From Perkinsus chesapeaki ATCC PRA-425 (taxonomy: Eukaryota > Protista > Perkinsozoa): DNA of 38,511 nucleotides. The DNA is taken from NCBI GenBank assembly GCA_013115145.1, contig JAAPAO010000333.1:1-38511 (forward strand), in the 5' to 3' direction. This document shows, piece by piece, positions 1 to 22,070 of this stretch (within the stretch, counting starts at the first letter, position 1; every line of letters starts with the position of its first letter). A model generated the notes under the pieces. That model saw only the letters and a program-made list of their open reading frames with translations. It was not told the DNA's origin and ran no database searches. The position numbers and the translations under genes were made by a program.

Positions 1-142
1 AATGACTAATAATGACTAATAATGACTAATAATAACTAATAATGACTAATAATAACTAATAATGACTAATAATGACTAATAATGACTAATAATGACTAAT
101 GACTAATGACTAATAATGACTAATAATGACTAATAATGACTA
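1..142. repeat. Minisatellite, 10-bp unit AATGACTAAT (variant AATAACTAAT), runs off the window edge
   Basis: About 13 tandem units directly visible, with 7-nt GACTAAT slippage near position 100. Probably inside an intron of the UBR gene. Confidence 0.97.
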
Positions 143-267
143 GTAGTTAATTAATACTCATTTAATAACATATTTTCATGCTATCTGGTTCAAATCCAAA
201 CATCCCACCAATGCTCCAAAAAAGAGTCAATGAGTGTGCGAGATCTTCTCTACACCATCATGCTTAC

Positions 268-3200
268 CGATATATTATATCAATAAGTAACCACGAATGG
301 CTCACTAAATCGGTATGAAGGGATAAGGCACCGGTCCAGTCGGGATCTGAGAACCTGACAACGACAACCGCTGCTGCTACTGAGGCGAATCAACTGAGAC
401 CAAATTCAACGGAGAATATCGAACGAGTGCTAAGAAGTGGGTATGCGTCATCAGCGTAAACTGTAAAGAATATGAGAGCTTCCAATAGGGAGTACCCCTG
501 AGCGATCGGCAAAGCTTACTCAACATGATTCCCTCGTTGCACCCTGTTCGGATAACAGAACTGTGCCAACTTCAGCAGCGCGCACCACCCAGGAGCAACA
601 ACTCTGAACAACATCGAAGATTACAATGGTAAGGTCTGATGAAACTGATGATAGTCATAGACAACTAACAATGATAATACTATTCGACAATAACACTTAC
701 TCCTTCATAATCTTCCCATCATTTTCCATTATCACTGAGTGAACCTGCCAACCGAATGCTGCTGGCTCCGAGTCCATCCTTCCCACCTCATCATGATCCA
801 ACACATACAGTAGATCCATAGTGCACTGCGTAAGCTCATGTTTCTTTATGATTGCATGCCGAACATCGACTCCTTGATAGATAGCAGTATCCTCGTCAAC
901 TGATAGGGCAGCAGCAGAATTTAAAATTCGTTAGTTACGGAAGGATACCAATTTTTCATGCATGTACATAACAAACCGGCACGAATTGTACTATAAATTA
1001 GATCCGGAAAATCACATAATTGGGCGAATTTATAAACCAATAGTTATCAAAATCATCATATAATAATAAATGATAGTATAATTGCCGAGCTTCACTTAAC
1101 GATACTCTAACTTTGTGCGTGCCAGCGTAGAAAATATCCAGTTCGATGTAGAGAGGTTATCACCACAAGCTATGCACCATCCGATAGCTATATGAGATAC
1201 AAAGTAAGACTCAATAGCGATCCGCCGAACTCTGTCCTTTCTCCGAGAAGAGCTAGAATAATATCATATTAATAATCATATAAATATAATATATAACAAT
1301 GTCAAATTTTTCACGCTGTGCCGAAGTAAACTAGAAGTGATACTGGGACTTAACATTTAATCACAACAGCGTACCTTTCTCCCTCATTATCGTCCGTCTC
1401 AACATGTCCCTTGCTGTCCTAAGGATGGTGCCCAGAATATCATATCTGACATAAGTACAGCAGTATAGCAACCGACACTCAGCTTCACCATGGTGAAGGG
1501 TGACGGAGGACTTCGGATTCTAGAAGCTTTTGAATTGCCTCTCATCTCGCTCTCAGGCCGAACTCGCGGTCTTATTGATTCCAAACTTCTACATAAGTGC
1601 AAGCGATGGTTATTAGTATTGTAATAAATACACGAGTCGCTGGCCTCCTAAGTATCCAGCAAGATCCGCTGATGAAAATTTCACTCAGAAATTTGGTAGA
1701 TATTCGCATCTCCAAGCGTAAAAGGACGTACGTGTCAGACCTTGGGCTATCCAAGGATAGAGCTAAGATACTCCAACGCTATCTTACTCAGTAGCCAGCA
1801 TGACAGTCACATCTTTCCTGGTAAACATCTGACAGGTGAAGTCTCCGAGCTCGCTATGCCTCTGTATATCAGCCACAGTCGACGAGGCCAGCAGCAGCCC
1901 CTTCTGGCAAGGGTTATGGCAAATTCAACACTATATTCCTCCTTACATCCTTCGCAGGGCTCGTCCTCGCCAAGGCCAAGTCGTGATATAAACGTACAAA
2001 AAGTATTGAAAAATCGTGCTTGAACCTGACAGCGACCATGCCACCTCATCAAGTGCGGAACACGCTACGTTAGATCGAGCATCTGGTCGACTATAAAATT
2101 AGTAAGTGCTTTCCTGCCTTTTATTCCCAGCTTATGCAGACTCGTTAACAGGGCTTCTATTATGGTACCTTGCCGACCACCTTCTCGAATACCCTTCATT
2201 TCGAACTCGAAGGGTACCTTTACCAAAAATCGCGCGAAACTAATCACCTTTGCGCGGAGGCATGAAACACAGGAGCGTGGAATCCAGCAACACCATGAGC
2301 TCATTTTCTCCGCGACCAACGGATTCCGAAATATGTCATATTTGCACCGGACCTACCATTTCATCGGTCTCCTTATCGAACCTCAATGCCACTGACTTCA
2401 GTATGGCTTTAGCAGTGCTCCGCCGTAAACCGTCATGGAGAGTCGACAAGTCCATCAACCACTGAAGTATCATCGACACTTGATCATCCACTAACTGATG
2501 GGAGCTTCGCAGGCTGGACATGCTGAAATGGGAGCAAGAAACGGTGCCCGAAAATACAAACTACAGCTTCTGTTAAATCATACCACTCACTGGTGGACTT
2601 TTCTGACGAAAGGTAAGAAAAATGACAGCGATGAGACACTTGAGTTTTACTATGCAATCAATATTCCTCAAGTTAGTTTTCCCTAGAGACGCTATATAAT
2701 GTCGTACCATTACAGACCGTGCATTTTTGATAGGCGAAACTTTGTATCTTTCATTTATTCGCAACTACTGAACATATGAACTCCAAAACAGTACCAATAC
2801 ATTAATCTCCCTCTCGCTATTTATATACCTATTACACATATGAAACGGTTGATCGATTGTAAATATCTGCGCGCGCAAAAATATATAGCGCGTTTAGATA
2901 CGGTAGATTAGATCGATAATGGTTAAGAGTAAATGAATGGTGGAATATAGTAATAAGATAATACCAGTAGTAGCAATAAGGCAGTATATTATATTACCAC
3001 TTATTAGTAAGGTATTATTGAACGAGGAATACGGCATGTTCTATTATTTTTCATTATAAATACTATATACTAATTATGTCAATAAGTATGAATCCAACGG
3101 ATGAATCAGACACTAAGGATCCACACTGAGATGGTGTGCTATATCGACGCTGCCTCCAAACCCCTCTGAAGCAGTGATTCGTGCATCTTCTACTGTAATT

Positions 3201-6200
3201 CTCTAGAAAGGCGTGTAAAAGGTGTGTAGCTCACCTCTGAGGATTCTTCATTGCTACCGTCTCATGTATCATACCCAACAGTACGCTGCATACGACACCT
3301 AAGCAACGCCAGAATGATAAAGTACAGATATGGTCCAACAGAGCGAACTACCATATAGAAAGAATCAGCGGAAAGTAAATGAATCGTCAAAGTTAAAACC
3401 GCTAAACAACTTCTCCGAAGTAGCACGAGATTGCGCCATGGGGAGATCGTCAACGCCGAGATGAGCATTCCCAATAAAAGTGTCCTACAGAAGCAGCAGA
3501 AGCAATGCACCTGAGATTTTGTATAGGTCTGGGAACATTTCTTCAAGTTCCCGTTATATCTCCGCAATAGGAAGATCTTTCGACATAGGGCCCTGCTCCC
3601 AGTCCACCCTGGATGAGCCCCCACCTATAGCCGTCGGCAATATGGACCGAGTTATACTGGGAAGAGCATCGGCTGGATCAACATTTGGCAGGGGGCCTGT
3701 GTGCTTTTTGCAGAATCCTTCTGGTCGCCAAGCGTACGCATCACCACAGTCACAACAACCATAGTCTGACCTGGCAGTATCGAGTTTCAAAGAGGTAGCG
3801 CAATAGGAAGTATCAAGCACTATTCAATTATAAGAGCCATTGGTTTCATGATCATAATACTATCTTATATATGTAGATATTAGATATCATCTAGATAGTA
3901 TCACTAGACCGATAAATCTTAACATTAAGTACTATCTCGTACATTATAAAACTCGTGTCTACCGCAAATACTGATATATATGGTATCAATCAGGGAGTCA
4001 GAGAGCAACTCTATACGAGCATATAACAGCAGCCATTAGTCTCTAATTTAATAACCCATGTTTAATGTGGATATCGATATATATGATATTAAGTTAACTC
4101 CATACAGTGTGTTAGATTTTGATAGTTAAAGACGGGAAATAATTATAATTTAATCAATTCGTTGACTACTACCATCAAACTCCTAGGATGATAAATCCCA
4201 AGCATGGGAAAACATTCCATGTATATTGGCGAGCGAGATATTTAACACCTCTGCGTCTGTCCAAATTCGAGAGTCCACAGTGTAACTACAGTGCGTTCGC
4301 GTTTGCTGGGCAAGTCGATTAAAATTGCATATTTCAAGTTAGAGTGATCATATTTGGCTGAAACCTTCAGGGATATGACTACAAGATAAGGGGAATCGAT
4401 TGTATACTATGATTTTAATACTACTTATTAGTCAGAGAGCAACGTGTTTACAGTATCAGAGACGCTCGGGGTAGTTGTTTGGAGAGTAACAGTATTATAG
4501 TAACAGGTCTAGTTCTGTCTGGTCTGGCGATAAGAAGCTTGTGAAAACTCGTACGACAATCCCTCGAAATGATCCGTTGAACGGATTCCGTCCTTACCTC
4601 GAAATGAAGAAGTCGTGACCCTCATGCTCGCCAGCATCAAAGCATGCCACGCAGATGCAAGACGCCGAACCTGATGATAGAGAAAAATTTTTCACTCCAT
4701 GCCTACAACGAGACCATTGCTAATATGACTGCAAATAGGGCTGGTTATAGTTGCACATTGAATCAAAAAACATCTACCGGCGAGGAGAGGGAATTTCCCG
4801 CAATTTTCCTACATTTTTTCCCTATCATCGCGAAAGCGCGCCCTCATTATAACAATCCACGGGGGGACTTGAACAGTTCGGCTGACAATTCCTTAGCGTA
4901 AACTGTCTGAATATTTCGTATGTGAGATGCTTGAGGATTTCATTGATATTCATAATGCGTTCACTGCTGGATTTGGTTTGGTTCTATTTTATAGTTCAGA
5001 CAAAGCCCCACGGAATTCCCTCAGCTCATCCAGTATGCCTTACTCAGTCCGCAGGTCTTGCATCCATAGGCTATCGTTTCACGCCCATCAGCGACATACC
5101 TAAAAAGATCGAATAAGGCCAATTTCGCTTAGCTTGGCGAATTCGGCTAAGACTGTGTATCGGAAATTCTCTCGGAACCATCATAAGTTAAAAAATGATA
5201 CACTGCAGAAAGTTTCGGATTTATGGCCTTCAACGTGGTCTTTAATGTGCTCCTGAGTTAAAGTCTGGTAGCAGTATACTTCAGAGGTTATTTCCCTTAA
5301 TGTTCTCAATAAACCTACATATTTACACAACGTGACTTATAGTGCCAGATTTCAATACGGAAGTATTCCCGTAATAATGCCACGTTAGAACTCGCTGACC
5401 CTTATCGTACCAGACAGCATCACACCGGCATTTCGCACCTTCACTGCTCGGTAGGGACTGGCACCTGGCAAGGCTGCCTGGATCACACCCGAGCCATTTT
5501 CCACCTCTTACCATTTCGACGCGGTCTCTACTAAAGTTGCAGAGCTGTCTTTAGCCGTTCCGCTAGAGCCCTGTGCGTCGACAGGTGCTAAGCCTGGAAA
5601 ATGTCAGGCTCGCGGCATGAACTTGCAGCGCCGACCTACTGTATAGAACGGTGTCTAAGAAATGCTGCAGCCTTTGTAGAGGCGGGTCGCTAGGAGACTC
5701 TTCTGAGCTTTCGCCGAGCACTGCTGGCGTGACTTTGAGCCAGGAGTGATACCTGCGATGATGAAGATCGCGCTTGTGTCAGAACAACCACATGAAATCC
5801 TTGACCGAAAATAATATATATTGACGATAGTGAACTAGCTTTATTTCCCACTCACATCGCTATAAGCTGCTCCTTCAGTTTCTCATCGCTTCCGGCATAA
5901 CTGTGCAGGGCCTATAAAATGGAATGGCACGTGGCATCGAAAGTCTGACTGAACTCGAATTTGCCGCTCTGTTCCAACAAGCGAATGTCAGTAGTACAGC
6001 GCTATTTTTTTTTTGTCAACATGAAAAACACTTACTATTTAATAGTACCGAATGGGGCTATGCGATAACACAAATCAAAGTACAAACATGCTCAATAAAG
6101 CCTTCTTCAGTTCAATCGCCCTCTTTCTGCAAGTCTTGAGGGAGTATCGGATCCAAACTAGAGGCTTCGACGGAACGGCCTTGTGCAGCAGATCAGCTGC

Positions 6201-7326
6201 TGGCCACCGCCTTGCAAAGGTGGCCTTTGAGACGCAGTGGCGTGCACGACGACCATGTGTACATGGTTCAATGGTTAAACTTCAGGCTGAAGTCGTCAGG
6301 CGGCCTGCTGAAGTCTTCAGCAGCTTAACGGTTTAACAAAACAGTATAAGCGATAATATCGCCTAGACTGTTATTACGATATTATCGTTGGTAATAGTGG
6401 GCCACGTGCCATCCCACTGTCTAACTGCCTGAAGATCATTCTCAAACCCCACGGTATACGCGACGCAAACGACGTGGGTGCAGATGAGTTCACTCGCCCA
6501 GTCTTTGCAAGTGCACCAAGGGCCTTTTGGGGGTTCAACTGCTCCAAAAGTCCACCAAAATTCGAACACGCTTGAGATTCTCGAGGTCTCGATTTGGCGT
6601 TTGGTCAAACGCCAGAGACTTTGGTATTAACTCAATATAGTATAGCTGCATAGCTTAATATATACTATAGTGGTAGAACCATTATATTATTCTATAGATT
6701 TGTTGGTAACTCCTACGAGATGATCTGAGTGGTAAAGGGCAAGCCCTTTTCTTCGCAAGCACAAGTAACTCAGTCAGTTACTCAGTCAGTTAGAGACTGA
6801 GAGCAGTGGACGGAAAATTCCCTATTAGCCGCCAATTCATCCGCAGCTGACGCAAGGTTACTTAGTAACCGTCGTGCTTGCATTATGCAAGTTGCATAGC
6901 ATACCCTGCCCTAGTGGCCGTGCAGCACACCAGTAGAAGTCTCGCAGAGACATTCCGGCTCAACTATCTATGTGCTAATGAAGCTCGCTACGAGCTGACA
7001 CTGGTGCTCTATTGATTAATGTATGCTGATCATACTCGCATAATGCGTCTAGAGCATTTTAAAAGGGCATCTGCGCTGCCGCACTAAATTACGGTCGATG
7101 AACGTGGAAGAAATCATGAGGAGATCGACGAAAAGTACTTTCTCTTACATACTTCTCAATGTTGCAATTTCTCATATTATTTCAAGTGAAATTCTCCCGA
7201 AGGATCCCTTCATAGTACTATGATCATCGATGCCTGAATGTCCGCTAGACTAGACGACTCTTCTGCACTACAATCATCCGAGTCTGAACCACCAGAGGGA
7301 CTAGCTGGCCGCGAGTGGACTGCCAT
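268..7326 (-). CDS. UBR1: UBR-box (N-recognin) E3 ubiquitin ligase, UBR1/UBR2/PRT6-like; multi-exon, 3' end missing at the window edge
   Basis: GT-AG exons 5464-5411, 5099-5044, 4670-4598 and 3770 downward splice in phase to CRCDAVWYVADGRETIAYGCKTCGLSSASCICVACFDAGEHEGHDFFISRSDYGCCDCGDAYAWRPEGFCKKH, a complete UBR zinc finger. Exons 603-520, 497-381 and 354-268 give GWCALLKLAQFCYPNRVQRGNHVEGTPYWKLSYSLQFTL, which resembles from memory the UBR1 segment [30 protein letters not shown]. The start ATG at 7326 and the exons between 1.1-3.6 kb and 5.9-7.2 kb are less certain. Confidence 0.88.
1850..2580 (-). mobile_element. Decayed non-LTR (LINE-type) retrotransposon RT relic inside a UBR intron
   Basis: Frame-broken motifs appear in LINE RT order: FRAPFLAPIS (RPISL-like), HDGLRRSTAKAIL (GFR..ST..AI-like), ALLTSLHKLGIKGRKALTNF (L..LGI.G..L..F), then GSSTIFQYFLYVYI (QGS..S..LF..YI-like). 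Many stops and frameshifts. Confidence 0.65.
6426..6538 (-). other. SWIM-type zinc finger coding segment (CxC-x8-CxH); either a UBR gene exon or a MULE relic
   Basis: WCTCKDWASELICTHVVCVAY at 6474-6515 within ORF 6363..6608, flanked by AG (6539-6540) and GT (6424-6425) on the minus strand. Confidence 0.55.
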
Positions 7327-8398
7327 TATTGGGAAGTCTTACTGTGGAGGGAGGCAGAGCCAAAGTTATCCGAGTACACATAATCACGTTTCCTTTGCTT
7401 TGCGCGTTACACTGTATGAGCTTCGTGTTCATGAACGCCGCTAAACCTTTTCTGACAAACTGGTCTGGGCGACTCAGCTTGGCTGCGTGTTGGTCTAACA
7501 CTGTTAGTCTGTTCCATAATAGTAATATGCATATTCCTGTATGGTCTACTTTTTTCTCCCTACTCTCCCTGAGATGAATTTATTTCAACATAAATACGAA
7601 CATTTTGACAATAATACATATCCACATCTTGCCTATATAGTTTACTAAAGAGCTTACTCAATTTGATACTTCGGAACTCAACATCAAGCTAGCTTAAGAA
7701 TTAGGAATATTGATGCAAAGGTGATTTTGCGCATTTTTGTGTAGCATCGCTCCGTCAAAAAATCGATTCATGTATTATCATTTTCACCAGCCTCGTTTAG
7801 CAAACTTCTCTTAGATGCCCCTCCAACTCTATATATATAGTACCTAAGCTAGGCCCATGCATTCTCCAACTCAGTTCTGAATACCCCGTTGGTATACGAT
7901 TTTGGGGATCTTGATTTGTGACCACTGAAAGCACGATATAATTTCACACCCACATGGAAATACTGGAAATATCAACAATCTTGATTCAAAAGGGTAAAAT
8001 TATACCTGTCAATCCAATAGTTGTGTTTTGTAGTATATTATTAATCTTACATACCTCATGATCGCCGAGAGCGGCAAGCAAGGCCACACCACCGCTACCG
8101 TTGCTAAGTAACACTTGCTGGCGAATGCTGCTAATTCCTTCTTCCCGATCAATAAACCTATTATTTTGATATCGCAAAGAGACTCACGCTCTTCCTGACA
8201 GATTTCGAAAGAGTATCTTATGCCGGGCTATGTTGCTGCGCTCCCTTAGAGCTGGAGTATCTTGCGCAGTATAAATATTTTCGGCATAAGATACGCAGGT
8301 TCAGTCACTTAGCCGCCGGCCTGAGATTGCACCTATCTTAACGTGTGTATAAGATCCCATTGTGTTATCTTAATAGGTTACTACTTTACTGTGATCAG

Positions 8399-19123
<10,725 letters not shown>

Positions 19124-19502
19124 TCCTTCTCCGTTATTACGGTCATCGGCTGAGTGCTAAAGTCTTACAACGTTCTCTTTAATCTTCATACAATTTTTTG
19201 CGTGCTTATGCCAGTCGATTCTTTGATTGTTATACGAAGCCTTTCATCAGTCTCACGATTGTTATGTTGAGTTGGGCTTCCATGTCACGGCCGAACACAC
19301 ACTTCAACAGGTGTGGGCATATGAATGCGTGATATGGTGATTCACCATTGGTGAAGCCGATTACTAACCTTCGGCGTAGAGGATTCAAGGCTTTCAAACT
19401 TTGAGAGCTTTGAAATTCAAAGTGGACGCTTTCGGCCTTCTGCTCGTTTTTGGGGCGCCTAGAGCCGAAATTTTCAATCGCGGGTACGTCAAATAGTAAG
19501 TC

Positions 19503-19782
19503 ACTATTAGTAAATAGCTCAGAGCTGTATAGGTTACTATTAGTAACTAGCTCAGAACTGTATAGGTTACTATTAGTAACTAGCTCAGAACTGTATANNN
19601 NNNNNNNNNNNNNNNNNNNNNNNNNNNNNNNNNNNNNNNNNNNNNNNNNNNNNNNNNNNNNNNNNNNNNNNNNNNNNNNNNNNNNNNNNNNNNNNNNTAG
19701 TAACTAGCTCAGAACTGTATAGGTTACTATTAGTAACTAGCTCAGAACTGTATAGGTTACTATTAGTAACCTATACAGTTCT
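19503..19782. repeat. Minisatellite, 33-bp unit TATTAGTAACTAGCTCAGAACTGTATAGGTTAC, interrupted by a 100-N gap (19598-19697)
   Basis: About 3 units before the gap and 2 after. The array ends in an inverted partial unit. Confidence 0.97.
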
Positions 19783-19863
19783 ATATAGGTATATACCTTT
19801 ACTATGCTACTTCGTTGCAGGCTCACGTCTTCGGCCGTCCTTAGAAAGTTTCCTAATATTTTT

Positions 19864-21290
19864 ATGCCTTCGGTTTCGGTGCGACAGCTCATTCAGGAGG
19901 CCAAGTCGCGGAAGAACAATGACCAGGACCGAAAGTGCGAGGTAAGCCGCCGTTCGGGACCCGAACTTCGGGTTCGAATTTTTTCCAAGTTACGTGCTTT
20001 TAGACCAGCTTCGGACAGAAGCCTCAGAGATCACCGTTGGTCGACCGGCAGCTGATAAGACGGAACGTGTTAACAAACCAAGAAGGTTTAGGTCGCTTCG
20101 AGGTGCCTGGAAGTCCTCGTGGTGTTTATGTTATAGGTGAGAGTGCTTGAGATGGGCAACGGTTCCCGGGGAAAATTAAATTCAGTGTCCGAACCTGAAT
20201 TTATACTTCAGTCTGCTCGTCACTATTAGCGAGTAGATAATAAAGGATAGTATCCTAGTATAATATCTACTATCCAGTTAGATTCCAGATTCTATTTTAT
20301 AGTAGGGTAATATCTGCTAATAGCAGTTACTATTCCATTCACTATCAGCCGCAGTATAAGCAGTGCAAGCGATATTTCACTTTTGCTCGCACTCGTTCGC
20401 GTTACATAATAACTATCGGCGCCTAGTACTGCCCCTCTTAAAAGGAACTAGATGAGGGGTATTGTTTTCAGGGATCGTTATTCAGGACCGTCTGGAAATG
20501 GTAGCTTTCTTGCTCTGCGCGAATTTCTGAAACGCATGTCGAGAGGCGTAAGTTTCCTTCGTTGGTCTTGCCTGGTGATGTCTTAGTGTCACTCGCAGAA
20601 AGTTGTTGGTCGACTATGACCGCTTTTAGAGGCGATATTTTTCGTACGTACACTGCAATCATTGAGGAAGATGCTCCGGGCAATTTTTGATAAACCATGC
20701 TTTCAGATGATATCGTTTTGCCAGAAGTCGCTGCGGAGTTGGCACATGCAATTCAGGCTTTGCCGCACTACAAGGAATTACGTGGCGCGCGACGGACTCT
20801 GCCCCTTCGTATCGGCGCGGGTGAAGGCGCGGGGCTTATCGATCATCTCGTGGAAGAGCTTCTGGCAAGTTTGCCGCAACTTGCCGAACTGTTTGGCGAC
20901 GAGCCGGCCTTGAATCACGCATTGGTGAACGACTATGAGAGTGGTTGTGGAGGGATCATGCCTCACACTGACGGTCCGGCCTACTTTCCAGTGGTTATGA
21001 TTGTGTGTCTCGTTAGCGCCACGGTGATGCAATTTGGCAAGACCCCTGATGACGTGGAGACGCAAGTTCTACTCCCAGCGAGGTCACTTTTAATATTCAC
21101 TGGCGAGGCTTATAATGATTATCTGCATTCCATCCCCTTCCACGATACCCCAATAGAGCAGTTACCGACGAAACGCAGAGACTTGGGGGAATCGGTGATT
21201 GTGGACGGCCTGCTTCATCGGGGCCCTCGGCTGTCTGTGACAATCCGACGTGCTTTGGTGCCGTTTGAACAACTCGCTCACAGTAAATAG
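19864..21290 (+). CDS. ALKBH6: AlkB-family 2OG-Fe(II) dioxygenase, ALKBH6-like
   Basis: ORF 20697..21290 has NHALVNDY, GIMPHTDGPAYFPVV (HxD), LLLPARSLLIF-type segment VLLPARSLLIFTGEAYNDYLHSI (distal H) and RLSVTIR. Upstream exons start at ATG 19864 (MPSVSVRQLIQEAK) with donor GTAAGC at 19942; the middle exons are uncertain. Confidence 0.85.
19952..19973. repeat. Chained inverted triplet (A-A'-A)
   Basis: GTTCGGG-A-CCCGAAC and ACCCGAA-C-TTCGGGT; centres 19959 and 19966. Confidence 0.95.
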
Positions 21291-22070
21291 TTTCTTGATC
21301 GCCGCGCTGTCGAGTTTAGATGTCTAATCGAACGGCTTTTATTACACCTGTTTTGGCCTAGATGCGAACGATTCCCATTAGTGCGGTTGCCTAACATGTT
21401 TGTGAGTTTTCGTGCTGTTACTGCCAGGAGTACGTTGCGTCGATTTTGCAATTCCGTTTTTCACATTTCCAGTACTGTCAAGGAGTTTGGCTGTAAAACT
21501 TCGAGGTCACTTCGAATAGTCACTCGACGTTCTCGAAGACTTGGGGGGGAGATGTTCCTCAAAATACGTACTGATTGGCGTGGGTATCTTCTTGTGGGGT
21601 GTTCAGAAATGACAAGCGAATCTTGCTGAGTGGCCGCAGGTTCGATTCCCTGTCCCAATGTCTGTCATTTTCTGGCATAATTATTTTTATGGTACAAACC
21701 CGTAAGGCCTAATCGAGACACCATTTCCGTATCCTTGCTAGTATCCCCATAATAAGGGCCACCTAATGCTGTATAGTACTGAGTCATATCATCACTCTAT
21801 CGAGCTGGATGATTTGTTCGCACGTACGCACGCACGCGCACCAATACGCACAAGTGTTGGTGAAGTGAGAGTGTACGCTCCGCTCGCTCCACAATTATGC
21901 ACAGTGAACATGCATACATCCGACACTCATTGACTAATCCACCTTGGCTATTCCTAGATCCTCGAAAATCATCGAGTTGCTAAGAGAATGTTGTCTTTAT
22001 TTATCCTTACCATTATTTAGTCTACCTTTAAACTTTATTTATCTCCGAAGGGGCGTCTCTGTACGCCCCC

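Noticed and set aside
1-142. Telomeric repeat at the window ends
   Set aside because: The 10-bp and 22-bp units lack G-rich telomere form, and the UBR gene must continue beyond the left edge. These look like assembly breaks at minisatellites.
447-458. YADD on the minus strand
   Set aside because: It is out of frame within a UBR exon whose true frame matches UBR1; no other RT motifs are nearby.
3554-3556. Stop-codon reassignment suggested by protein-like text after in-frame TAA here and at 516-518
   Set aside because: Ordinary GT-AG splicing explains both, and several hundred conserved DDX3, ALKBH6 and exonuclease codons contain no in-frame stops.
5918-6418. 15-of-16 inverted match TGG(A/G)ATGGCACGTGGC about 480 bp apart, as possible MITE termini
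   Set aside because: Within chance for a window-wide search, and no target-site duplication was seen.
19450-19707. ORF-track entry with repeated LLVTSSELYR
   Set aside because: It is the translation of the 33-bp repeat running into the N gap.
21595-21658. tRNA-like segment with B-box GGTTCGATTCC (21639-21649)
   Set aside because: No convincing acceptor, D or anticodon stems. At most a SINE or tRNA relic.
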